A stretch of DNA of 64,000 nucleotides, taken from NCBI GenBank assembly GCA_965153455.1, contig OZ234493.1, forward strand, positions 8,794,213 to 8,858,212, given 5' to 3'. Both the position numbers and the translations under genes were made by a program. The notes under the pieces were generated by a model that saw only the letters and a program-made list of their open reading frames with translations, was not told the origin of the DNA and made no database searches. Below are positions 52,248 through 64,000 of the stretch, piece after piece (within the stretch, counting starts at the first letter, position 1; each line of letters starts with the position of its first letter). This DNA comes from Sphagnum compactum (taxonomy: Eukaryota).

Positions 52248-55200
52248 ATGTTGCGGAGAAGGAGCTTCAGACGAAGTAGAGGAAGGTATGATAAGGACAA
52301 GCAATTTGATAGTATGGAGAATATGTGGGATGGGCATGAGCACTCTTGTTCTTCAAGGGTTGATATGAATAATGTCAGCCCAATTTTACACCAGGTATGC
52401 TGACCCAGTTGATTTTTAAAATTGGGGGTTTTGGGTTAGGTTTTTGGGGTCCTTTGCAGATTTGGCTTTGTAGATTGAAGCAGAGATGACATTAGATGAG
52501 CTCTTTTGTTTGATTGAGAATGCTTTGTTTTCTCACCCTGATTTTTATTTTGATTTTATTTTTAGTTTAATTTTTGGGGCTAGGTTTTTGGGTCCTTTCA
52601 GATTCAGCTTTGTAGATTGAAGTGGAGATGATGTTAGATGAAAAGCTTGATTGAGAATGTGTGTGGTTCATTAGGGCGCATCCTGGCTTTTATTTATTTA
52701 TCCTGCTTTTTAATGCTCTTTCAAACTATGTGGTATTATTCTGCAGAGAGGATGCAAGATTGATTGCCAAGGAGACAATGCGGGTGTGTGGCTCATGACC
52801 TAATCTTGTTTGCATTTGAATCAGGACTTGTTTGTTTGTTTGAATGCTGATTCGTATCATTGGTAGAAGGCTTAAAGCTTTAGTGTTGGGAGGTGGAATT
52901 TGGTGGGTGTTTTTTAGGATGTGGAGGGAATGATCGGCGGGTGTTGCTGGATATTACAGTGGAGATAGAGGGGCAGTGTGCTGAGCATATCGAGATGAAG
53001 GAAGGTGATACAGCAGAATCAGTGGCCAAGAAATTCTGCAGGCGGCAATGTCTTCCAGATCTACTGGTTGCCCCACTGACTGACCACATTGTCAGTAACA
53101 TCATAAGCATAAGGTGTGTTGGGTGTGGGTCTCATGCATTACTTCACTTGTGTGCAGAATTCTGAACTTCTAAGACTTGAAACTGCAGAAAGTCCTCTCT
53201 TCATGAGTTAATGGATAAAAAAGGTGGTGGCAAAGTTTGAAAGTAAAATCCAGTAAGGCCTTTTGTTTGAAAGGACACAAAGCTGTCAACAGGTTTGATC
53301 AAACTGGCCATGATCAAGTAATAAATCAGAACTGGGCTCTGGTTTTTGTCAGTGACAAATTCTGCAAAGAGAACCATTGAGTGATGAAGGTAAGGTAGTA
53401 CAGTGTGCACAGTGTGTACTACAAAAGCAAGCTTTGTTTGCCTCGTCAATTTTTGCAGCAAGGAAGACAGTGACCTTGTCTACTGCCCCAGAGATGAATG
53501 CCCCCCATTATGCAAAGAAAATTGGCCCACCAGACATCTCAACGCAGATGCCCACATGCCCTCTGATTGTGTCAGCAAATGTACATGCAGCTGCAATTTG
53601 AAATCTAAAGGATCATGGCATCTGGCCCAAAAGCACAACAGATGGAACACTGGGAAACCCACCTGGGTGGCACTGAAAAGACAAAGACATAGATGCAGAA
53701 TACAGAGAAAAATGTCAGAGCGGCTATTTGCTCCAACTATTGCAAGTCTCGGAAAGTTCAAACAGCAAACTGACAATTGCAAATGCAAACCAAAGTCCAA
53801 GGCTTGTCGTCCATCCAACAAGGTTTGCATCACATTCCACACATACAGTTTGTTCATGTCTGGAATATTATTGTTTGCATACACTTGATTTTATCTAGAC
53901 AATCCATTGATGAGTTACCCTGGTATGCAGTCTTGAAAACCACTCCATCACAAGTCTCTTTTGAAATGCTCAGTATTAAGCTGCAGGAAGTGTAATAATA
54001 TTTTGCATAGCTTCCAGCTTTAAATTCTGAGCTCTAGACTGAAGTACTCGTTGGAAACAGAAATCAGATCATGTGCGAGGCTGTGAGCATTATCTCAGAC
54101 CACTACAGAGACAAGAGGATGCCAAGGATTATAGTTCCCAGCAGTACCAGAAGAAGAAGTTAGAGAGACAAAATAAGTGTCTCCCTGAGGTACACACCTC
54201 GATCCTTTTGAACTAGTGTAGCCTAGTTGTGTGTAATATGATAGCGTGCCTACACCATCATGAATACAGAGGTGATTTAGATAATTGATGGATTCTTGAT
54301 GCTGCTGCTAGACTATGCCAAAACATGGCGTCCACAACTACTCCTTTCTTACTGGGTTAGTCGCTTATGCCATTTCTAGTTGATTATTACATTTGTGGTC
54401 ATATAGGCCTAGTCATGGATGCCATGTTTTGGCATAGTCTAGGCCAATTTTCATCATAAAGCTAGCATCTATGCTGGTGGGTATTTCCAGAGTGATCTGC
54501 ACTTTGTTAATTTTTATCATCTCACCCAAGTTCATAGTTTTTGATGAGGATGTAGATTATGTGCAAGCAGCTGTTCAATTCCAGAAAGCTTGAACAAATT
54601 TTCTTTCTGTTTCTGTGAGAATTAGGGGGGTCAACATCAGAAATCTTCTGCATCAGTTCCTCAGTTTGATCCTGTGCATCTTGTAAGTTTCCTTTTTTGT
54701 TTGCCTTGTTCAATCACTTTTATAATGAGTATAGAGTCCTGTCTGAGCAGGGTGCATGGAGAGCTATGTGCTTGCGAGGAGAAAGTGCAAAGCATTATCA
54801 GAACTATGGTGAGCTGCTATACACAGAGGGCCTCTGCATGAAGGAGAAAAAGGCAAGGCGGTGTGAACAGCAACAGAGAGACAATGAAGCCAGGGAGCTG
54901 GCACAAATGACTGCAACACCTGAAATCAGGTAGTCAACAACATATGTTTTTTTCTCTTTCTCAATCTTTTTGTTCACTAATGACCTTTGCTTCAATATAT
55001 GGCACTCCAAGACTTCAGCAATGCCTTCCTGTGGTGGCATTTCTTTGCTTTGTTGGGAACTGAAATTCCATTTCTGGAACTTTTCCTCAGACATTGTCCT
55101 CAGACATTGCGCTGTGTTTGAGGGGCTTTTGTGCCCTTCTGTTAGAAGAGAAGAAAATTACCAAGCAAAAGCATGTTCATTTTCATTTGCTTAAGAGCAG

Positions 55201-58200
55201 GGTCAGGTGGCAGTCTGACTGAGGCAATGCTTGGATGTGAAGTAAGCGAGCAAGGAACATGAAGTGGGATCACGATGTCTATTGCAGACTCCAAGTTCCT
55301 GACAAATCAAGGCAGGATCAACTGCAGGAACTCAGAAATGAAGTACATCATCCATCCCCAAACTGAGACATTATCACCCTTAGAGATTATGGGAACAATC
55401 GGTCTTCCAAAGTGTGGGTACCTGGGGGCTTTTGGATCCTTGAAGGAGGAGATTCAGGCAATCATATTGTTCATTTCTATACAGCTGTTCTGGATGTAAT
55501 CAAAATGGGTTTGCAGGTTGTTGCACGATAAGTCACAATGAGCCTAATTATCTGCAGATTTTGATGATGACAGATCTGGGAGTCCAAGTTAGCAGAGTGC
55601 ACATTCAGACCAGCCATTCATCACAATCGGAGATACCAGCATGATAATGACAAGAGGGAGAAATCTTGTAACCGCTTTTTAGAACTCTTCCAGGATGCTG
55701 AAATCCGTCATCGACGTCAAGAAGAATGCGCTAGATGGTACCCTATAGAGTAAGTGGAAGCTGATACCCTTGTCAAACTCTACCAAGAATAATGCTGCTA
55801 TATGCATCCCCTTTTACAGCTTTACTTTATCTCTATGTCACATGTTAGTTCTTGAGTCTCACCACTGACTTCAGAAAGGAGATTTTCATGCTGACCATTG
55901 ACTAGCTCCAAACGTGAGATGATCACAAGTGTTACGACTTTGTCCAGCAGCAAGCATGTGGCCTATGTAATGTGTTGACTGACTGAATATCTCACCATGC
56001 TAATGGGAATTTATAATGTAAGTGAACTTGTGTTAAACTGGCCACACTAGAGCCACAAATGTCATGCAAGAATTCCTTCTTCTTAAGCACCTCTTTGGAT
56101 AAAATTGTCAACAAGACCTCAAGATAAAGGAGTGTGACTGACAATTCTTTTTCAGTAGCTTATAGCACGGTGAGCGTGTAACTAGATTTGTAGTTCTGTA
56201 GGAGATGTAAGTCTGTAAGAGCCAGGCCTCAAGGTCTTAACCATATGGGCGGTGCTGGAACAGTCACATATAGTGCAAGATTTTCTATTACAGCTCATAA
56301 AACTGGATTGTGGACTTGGTATATATGCAATTTTTTACATGTATCTGATGACTTGTTTGGATGGTTGTTGCAGGGTTACATTTCAGCCTACTGTTAGTAA
56401 GTCAAGGTGTAAATGTAACTGCAGCAATTATGAGGAAGGTTCTGTTTTCCATAGATTGTGGCAGCATGCTGCCAAGTTGAACAGAAAGAAGGACATGAGG
56501 GGGCATGTATGCCAGGGATTGACTGATCCCCTCACTGGTCAGCGGCTTTTCCAACCTCTGGCTGGACGCAAGCCTCATCATGATGTGAGCATTCCCTGGC
56601 CTCCTCAATTTCCTTCCTTGGCATTTGACAACCCATCTTACCAAAATACCTATGAGATATGGGAATTGCAGTCTTTACATTGCAAGGTGTACACTTGCTT
56701 GTTGCTTATCAGTTGCTCAAGAACATCACCCACATAATCTCCTTTTGAAACTGGTTATGGGTCTTTAGATACTTTGCAGAGATTGTGACACATTTTTTGT
56801 ATTTCTGCTCAACTGCAGAGGAACCCAAGACAGCTCCCAATTGGGGAGTTTTTGTATCGATTGAGATTCAGTATTGACAGGCAAAAGGAGGAGTTGGTGG
56901 AGCAAGATCTTGCAAAAAGGAAAGAGCTAGCAGAATCCCCTCATATGTTAAGCAGGTCTAAGAAGTTGCTTGGACGCATAAGAGAACGTGGTTTCAAGGC
57001 TATATTTGCCTGCCTTGATAATGACAAGGTTTGCATTTTCACTATCTGAAGGCATCCATCTTCATTCCTTAAATCTCTATTTCCTTCATTTGTACACAAT
57101 TTCTTTGGTGTTGCATATGCTCACCTTGAGAGGGGGGAGTACCTAAGATATATGTCTTAGGGGCGTTGCTCTCTGTCACATTGGCTTACTGGCAGATGAC
57201 ACCTGTTACATCTATATATTTATGTGTTCATGTTGCATAATCTGGTACTTGATCATTGCTTACTGTGTTTGCAGGATGGTCGCATCAAGCTAAGCAGTGC
57301 AGATTTGCAGCATCTGGATGCTGATGTGGTTGAGGATGTCAATCAAGTCATGAAGATGACAGGTTCTGAGAGGGTTCTCAATTTCGATGACTTTGTGAAT
57401 TGCATGCTTGCTGTGGAGGTACCCATCTCTGTGTCAGGCACACGACCCTTGGAACTCAGTTTTGCAACTTTTAGAACTTAAAGAGATGATTTCTATCCTT
57501 GGTTCAGATTCTTTCAAGGAAACAATGGTCTCTTAATTCCACTCTAGACCTCCACTTTTAAGTTGATCTCAATTTGCTGAATGGATCAAGAAAAAGGGCT
57601 ATGGAACATTTTTGCTGTCACTGGAATCAAAACAGGCTGGAGGAGGACGATGTAAAAGCTTTGGGCAGAAACTTGGCTTTTTATGAATCCTTTCCTCACA
57701 CTAAGTTCTTCTGCAGAGAAGAACACACAAGGCTGTCAAAGTACACCACCTAATAAAGCACAAGTATCATACTCCACCCAACATCATGAAAAAGTGGAAG
57801 ATGAAGCGTATGTCCCGAACTCTTGCAATGCGAAGGAGGGGGCATGAGTGAGTTTTTCAGACTGACAAAAAGTATAAATTACCAATGTGAACTTGAGGAT
57901 AACTATGTTCTCTGCCACAGTTGCATCCAATGATCATTCCAGAATCTGAATGGCATTAATTAGAGAAGCATAGGTCTTGTTGATATGGTCAAGAAAGAAT
58001 TAGCTCATTCAACCTTGCTTGAAATTTCTGATATGCTTCGGGTGCCAATATCCCAACCAAACACAAACAGTCAAATGCATGGGATCTGCTCAGTTACACA
58101 TTCTTTGCAACACATCCCCTCTAGCAGTTGCTGCAGAAGCGGCCAAGAGGTTACTAGTACCTTAGTGCAAACAAGGTTCATGTTCCATAACATGATAACC

Positions 58201-58945
58201 CTCTTGCTCAGTTTGTTAGTGAAAAGTTCAGTTTCCTGTTAGGAATAGGTTTGATTTGTGATTTTCCTTCTGTTCATGTGCAGCACAAGAAAGGAATGGT
58301 ACAACACAATCTGCAAGGATAGAATGGAGAGCCTACAAAAGGTGGCAGACATTCGTAACGAGAGAGATTGTGCAGAGATGGCTGAATGCACATTCAGACC
58401 GAAGCTAATTAGTACTAAATGGCGCAAGATGGTACTTTCAATGATCTAATCACAATTATTTCTGAGTGTGTTTGCAAACAATTCTCTCATCATGTTCATA
58501 CTCAACAACAGGGCTGACCATCATGGATTTGTGATGGATTGTGAGTCTTCTTCAGAGACTCAAAACAAGGGTTCATTGGAAACAACTTCAAAACTGCAAA
58601 ACAAGGGCCAGTCCTTCCAACCCACATCAGAAATTCATAACAGCAGCCAGTCCTTCCAACCCACATCGGAAATTCATAACAGCAGCCAGTCCTTCCAACC
58701 CACATCAGAAGTGCAAAACAGTGGCCAGTCCTTCCAACCCACATCAGAAATGCAAAACAGAGGGTCATAACAAAGCTGGGGAGAATTTGGTATCCTCTAC
58801 AGCACAAACAGACCATGTTTGTGACTTCAAAGAGGAGCAGGCACTGGGTAAATCTGAACCCACACCGCATGGCTCCAAATGTACTGACACTAATAAGAGC
58901 AGAATGATACATGAGCAGCTAAGGAAGATATTTTTCACCGACTAG
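52248..58945 (+). CDS. Uncharacterised ~853-aa protein with repeated (EC)TFxP motifs, coiled segments and degenerate EF-hands; 14 exons
   Basis: Exons 52248-52394, 52747-52783, 52918-53113, 53459-53822, 54061-54189, 54751-54929, 55243-55342, 55574-55749, 56374-56584, 56819-57028, 57275-57418, 57717-57847, 58284-58431, 58556-58945. All GT-AG, phases chain to 2562 nt with no internal stop. Motifs: LLDITVEIEG..EHIEMKEGDTAESVAKKFC, AECTFRP (x2), VTFQP, DPLTGQRLFQP..GRKP, IFACLDNDKDGRI, LNFDDFVNCM. The first two and last exons are least certain. Confidence 0.8.
58607..58759 (+). repeat. Coding tandem repeat, 39 bp x ~4
   Basis: gccagtccttccaacccacatcRgaa... repeated, giving ASPSNPH(Q/R)K(FITA/CKTV) 13-aa units in the last exon. 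Confidence 0.93.
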
Positions 58946-60138
58946 AATCACACTTATTGCAAGATTGTTTCTAAAGACGTAACATGACCCCCTTAGTCGG
59001 GCTTCTTGGGATATCTTTTGCTCTCAGTTTGGGCTATCCTGTGGAAAGTAGCCAACCTGGTGGTAATCTGCTTGTCTCTAATTACACAAGCCATTGTAAA
59101 GTCTGAAAACAACTTCTGACTCACACTTTGCTTGTGCTACTTTGATGATGAAGCTGACAGTAACATCTGCTGGTGTTTGCTTGCATGACCAAAGCTCTGA
59201 GTAGGCAGCATGATTCAAGAGCCCAAGAGCGAGGGTATTGCGATTTTGATCCAAGTTCCTTGTGGGCTGATTAATTCAAGAGACTGGGCAGACTGAGGAA
59301 GATGGTAGTGCTCATCTCGCTTGCATATGGCAAGTTATATTCCCCCTATGTACCCTCTGGAGAAGAGAAGTGGACCAGATATACGGAAATACAAGAAAGA
59401 AGCTTCTGCCCATAGAGGACAAGAAACCATTGATGTGGGCAAATAGAAGCAGATGCAAAAGAATTGACTTTTGTAGGCCTCTCTAAGAAGCAATGACTGA
59501 GGTGCTAACCATCTTCAGAATAAATAACCAGATACACCTACAGGACCAGCCAAGGATGAAGAAATAGCCTGACTGTGCTGCCTCAAATTGGAAGCACTTT
59601 TGTCTTTCTAGCCATATGTACAGATGCTGACCCTCCATTGAACTGAGGTAGGCAACCTAGCTATCAATCACTACTGGGTCAATGGATTACAGAAGCTTGT
59701 GGAACCCTCAGGCCTATCAGCCCTTGAGGAAGAAATGGAATAAAGCTCTTTTCTTCTTCAACCAAGGCAATTATGAGGTATCTGCCTCTGACAACAAGGG
59801 AGTAAAAGAGCCCCTGTCAAAATAACTGGGGATAGATGTGTCCATACAAGCCCTTGCTGAAGTGTCCATCAAAGCTTGACACTGTGATATGTGAGTGAAT
59901 GTGGTTGCATCTGTCATTGTGTCATCCTGGAACCCCCATTTGATTATAGCTGCAAAAACTATGCATTGAATGGGTATGGCATGCAATGCTTTTTATACTT
60001 CCCACAAATGGGGAAGAGGAGCATATATAAGTAGAAATTTGATTGAAAAGTTTTGGGTCAAGATTTTCATTGTCATCAGGTAATCTGAAGAAAGCAGCAG
60101 AAGTGTGTGGAAGTCAAAAGCCTCAATCTCACTGATCC

Positions 60139-61263
60139 CTATTTTGCCTTCTTATTCTCTACATGGGCCGGGGCAGCAGGAGTGGGAAGATGAGACTTCC
60201 GTTCTATCTCCTCTGCTTCATGTTTCTTTTTCTGTTCAAAATACTGCTCAAATGCTCGTGGAAGGAAGAACGGAATCAAGAACCCAAAAAGATTACCAAC
60301 ATAATACACCGCATTTGCTACCACCAACCCCCTTTCAAACCAAAACCATGCTATCGCCTGCATCCCAACAACACTCACAAAGCAAAGAAGAAAAAAACAA
60401 CTTTAGCAAAAAAACATAGTCATAGCTTGCAACTGCCCAACACTTCATGGTTGTTAGCATTAAACCCTAACTTCAACTCCATCATGTCATGCAGATTGAC
60501 ATCCACATTGAAATGAGAAACCTGATGTGAGATTGTCAGTCTGCTTTGATGTCAGGGATAATGGACATTCACATTGAAATGAGAAGTTTGATGTCAGATT
60601 GTCAGTCTGCTTTGATGTCAGGGATAACAGATGCAAGAACGATACATATTTAGGAGGGAGAGAAAACCCTACCTCAAACGTGGGATCTTGGGGAAGAGTT
60701 GAGAGCATGAAAGTAGATTGGACCCAATCGGCAAGAGAGAAAATGCGGCGAGCACTGTACAAGATGGGTAGCAACACTCTGACAGGCAGAGAGAAAATCT
60801 GCAAGCCGTTGACGAGGTTCTCAGTGAGAATCTGACAAGAGAGAAGAAACAAATGAGGAGTGGCGGAACGCACGGCCTGCTGATTGCCGCGTGCAAAACC
60901 ACCCAGAACGAAAGCCAGCGGCAGGAAAAGCCCTACAGAAGTCCCCACAATCACATAACCCTGAAAGAAACGGTTCCCCTTGAAGACTTGGAGATCGCCG
61001 CCTTTGTAGCTGGGGAAAATGGTAGCGGATAGCAAGAATGCGTACAGGGTGATAAAGATCGGGAAAAGAAGATCCGCTACTGGTACTAATCCGCTTGCCG
61101 AAAACACGACAATGAAAGCCACCAGCTGAAGCTCTATTACTCTCAAAGACCCCATCACTCCACCTAACCCTCCCGCCCCCGACCTGCTGTTTCTTTCGTC
61201 ATACCCGCCTTCCCCCTGCCTTTTACTCCCCCATCGACCCGCTGCCAAAGTCGCCCCCGACAT
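60139..61263 (-). CDS. Conserved plant multi-pass membrane protein of unknown function (At1g27990/At5g52420-like), 2 exons, ~269 aa
   Basis: ATG at 61263; exons 61263-60673 and 60357-60139 (GT-AG, phase 0). Recognisable family motifs: GGVMGSLRVIELQLVAFIVVFSASGLVP, YVIVGTSVGLFLPLAFVLGGFARG, ATPHLFLLSCQILTE, NLFGFLIPFFLPRAFEQY. Confidence 0.88.
60498..60627. repeat. Intronic tandem duplication, 66 bp x2
   Basis: gacatYcacattgaaatgagaa...gattgtcagtctgctttgatgtcagggataa at 60498 and 60564. Confidence 0.9.
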
Positions 61264-61849
61264 CCTCCCTCCTCCCAGCAAAAGCCCAAAAAAACACAAA
61301 GGAAAAACGCAAAAACAAAAACCCCACTTTTTCTCACCAAAAAAAACTTCTTCTCTACTGAATTTATATTCCCGTCCCTGCAAACAAACCCTCTATCTTC
61401 AAAAAGCCAAATCCTTTACCACACTACAACGAATATTTACCACCTTCTCCTCCTCCGCCTCCTCGTCCTCCTCCTTCTTTATACCACCACCCAATTGCAC
61501 CCACATGGCTTTTATTTCTAGCTCGAGCTAGAGATCACCTCCCTCCACAAACCAGCGAAAACAAACCCCCGAAAACAAAACAATCGATACTTTTTTCTCT
61601 GTTTTTTAAAAAGCTTAAAGACCACTCTCAAGCATGCACTTCGTCGTCGAAAAACTAATAACTAACGCCACAAACAGGCAGGCGCCTAGTTGCGTTCCTC
61701 GCAAATCCGCGAGAAATACACATGAACGCACACACACACACACAACGCAAAAGCAAAAGTACTTGACACGATGCTGCAGCAGCAACAGGAAGAAGCGCCG
61801 AAAGCAGGTTGCAGCAGGAAGCACAATACACAACCCCACGTTAATTCAC

Positions 61850-61892
61850 ATCCGTTAGATTCTGGCGGTACCAAGTTTCGACCGTTAGATCT
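61850..61892 (-). promoter_or_regulatory. Two MSA-like (TCTAACGG) elements upstream of the membrane-protein gene
   Basis: ccgttagat at 61852-61860 and 61882-61890 reads ATCTAACGG on the minus strand, matching the YCYAACGG core bound by MYB3R factors. The copies are 30 bp apart. Confidence 0.4.
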
Positions 61893-62899
61893 GTTAGCCG
61901 CCTGGCCAGCTTCTAGCTCCTTGAAATGGGCACACAAAAAAAGTGTTGTGAAATAGTGAAACTCACATGCCAAGCAAAATGACGTTCTTGAGAGTCATGA
62001 TTCAATAAAATAGGTACCTACCTACCTACCTACCTACCTAGTAGCCCTACCTACCTACCTACCTACTTACCTACCTACCTAGTAGTCATGATTCAATAAA
62101 ACCTACCTACCTACCTACCTACCTACCTAGGAGTGGCATACAATTTTAGGAATTGAATTTCCATGCAATCAATGAGAAAGTCGCTTCATGGAGTGAAGAA
62201 GGGGACTCCTTTATTATATATATTATATTGCCCCCAAGCTAATGGACGTGCATGTGTAGATTTTGGGTGCACCCATCCAATTGATGGGTTGTTTTGAAAT
62301 TTACCCATCTACTTGTTGGGTTTCTTCTCAAAATATGATGAATGTCAGGTAACTGATTTAATCATGCTTCTATATCATCTTCTTTTTTCTTTTTCTTTTT
62401 TTGGGTTGTCGCTTGCCTTTTTGTATCACGAGGTTTCATATCACTATGAAATGTTTTTAAAAATTCTTGTGATTAATTTTTTAAATGAAATTTATTTGAT
62501 AAACATGCAACTAATTAGCTTCAATTCATTTAAATCTTATTAAAATGGGATTCTTAAAAAAAATGATTTGAAAGATTATGCAAGAATCGAGTAAAATAAA
62601 ACACATCAGTTTTATATTAAAATTTTAATATAAAATTCATTTATTGAGACAATCAATTTGATGTTATTTTAAAAACTTCTATAAGGCTTTGATGAAGATT
62701 AAATTTAAAAAATCATAATGAAATTCATTGTTAATTGAATAATTTGTTTGTATTGTTGTTGCTTTTTATGTGATAAAAATTTATTATTACCCTAAGATAG
62801 TAGACATGCACCTATGATGATTTTAGGTTTTAACAAGCATGTATGGAGCAAACACAACTAGTTTCTTCTTGGGGGAGTGGTGGGTCTTCAAAGCACAAA

Positions 62900-63180
62900 G
62901 TTCCCATGTTCCTGACATGTTTCCCAAAGAGTTCCCAATAGCACCTCTCTTTTATCCCATATGCTTTGCCAAATGTTGTCCTCCTTTCACCTATATAGCT
63001 GAGCTATAGCTAGATCAAAGTGAAAGAACTCTAAGCTTCAAAATAGGGCCTTTTAATTTGGGGAGCTTTCATAGTTTCATATTTTTTTGGTGATGGGCCA
63101 ATCAAATTGGCTTGTTGCAAAAGAAGAAAAAAGTAATTGAACTTGGGAGGCAGCTCATCTAATTAAATAGGAGAGGTGAA
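62900..63180. repeat. Dispersed repeat, related copy at ~34455-34670
   Basis: catgttc...tgtttcccaa-a-gttcccaata-cacc-c-cttttatccc-tatg...tttcac-tatata is shared between the two loci. Confidence 0.6.
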
Positions 63181-64000
63181 TAAGAGAGGCCAAGTTGAAT
63201 CATTTCTATGTAGTTGAAAATCTCTCCCAAAAAAAGTTTAATTATAGTGTGTTTCAAGTCCCATTTTCGCTTTTTTTTTTTCTTTTTACCAAACTTGTAA
63301 GTTGTTATGAACGTGACAATGAAAAGTTGAATACATACATGGATGATTAGTTCTTAGTTGTTTTAGAAAAAAGAGGCACCTTTTTTTTCCTTGCATCTAG
63401 CTACTAGTTTCTTAAGAAAGATTTCCAAATGTGAAGCACTTTAGCAAGTGCACAATACATGGATAAAATCCATGTTGAAACCAATCGATGCAATACCCTC
63501 ACCAAAATATATATGCAATTCAACTAATGAATGTTAAAGGGTTTAGGGTGTGTGTGTGTGTATCTTCATTTTAATAGGAATTTTTATATTAAAACATGAA
63601 AATCAAGTGTTGGTTATACTTGTCATGGCTCCTATTTATGTGATTGCACCCAAAAACTTTACATTTCTCATAAGTTTTTATGCCAAGCAATGCCAAAGGA
63701 ACATGACATTCATAAATTAGTTCACCTCGACTCCACCTCTAATGAATGCTTATTTTGAGAATGTTTTGCTCCTTGGGCATTACCTTACACAAAATCTTTG
63801 GAGGATATAACTTTCACAAACAAATTGTTCATTAATATGTTTATGAGTATTTTGAAATAAGCTCCTTCAATTGTCCGTGAACAAAATATTATTGGACACA
63901 AAGTTAAAATTTTGGATTGATCACATCTCATTCATTTGGGCTATGGAGTCAAAAGTGTTTGTGAATAAATGCTTTGCCTACAACATATTGACATTGTTTC

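Noticed and set aside
55235..55345. Suspected frameshift or pseudogenisation in exon 7 of the 14-exon gene
   Set aside because: Re-reading shows an intact frame (SKRARNMKWDHDVYCRLQ...ELRNE) using the weak acceptor gtgaag|55243.
60487..61383. 298-aa single-exon version of the membrane protein from the ORF track
   Set aside because: It starts at a non-ATG codon and reads into the intron. The family-like N-terminus begins at ATG 61263 and the conserved C-terminus lies in exon 2.

Overview
Eukaryotic land-plant nuclear DNA with GT-AG introns and AT-rich intergenic regions full of decayed repeats and (TACC)n tracts. The style suggests a bryophyte, possibly a Sphagnum-like moss (inference). Five intron-containing genes could be assembled by hand with consistent reading frames: (1) an RLCK-V-type membrane-anchored Ser/Thr kinase (-, 7 exons, ~598 aa); (2) plastid glutamate-cysteine ligase GSH1 (-, 15 coding exons, ~527 aa); (3) a bZIP17/28-type ER membrane-tethered transcription factor (+, 4 exons); (4) an uncharacterised ~853-aa protein with TFxP repeats and degenerate EF-hands (+, 14 exons); (5) an At1g27990-like multi-pass membrane protein (-, 2 exons, ~269 aa). 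Intergenic DNA holds a decayed PIF/Harbinger transposon, a LINE ORF1 remnant, three copies of a TA-flanked MITE, a perfect 124-bp palindrome and several tandem repeats. There are no prokaryotic systems or CRISPR arrays, and I recognised no rRNA or tRNA. The most notable observations are the duplicated, skippable luminal exon and stop-free intron in the bZIP, the possible cilium-lineage protein, the perfect palindrome and the uORF architectures. All gene models were read by eye and need RNA-seq confirmation.
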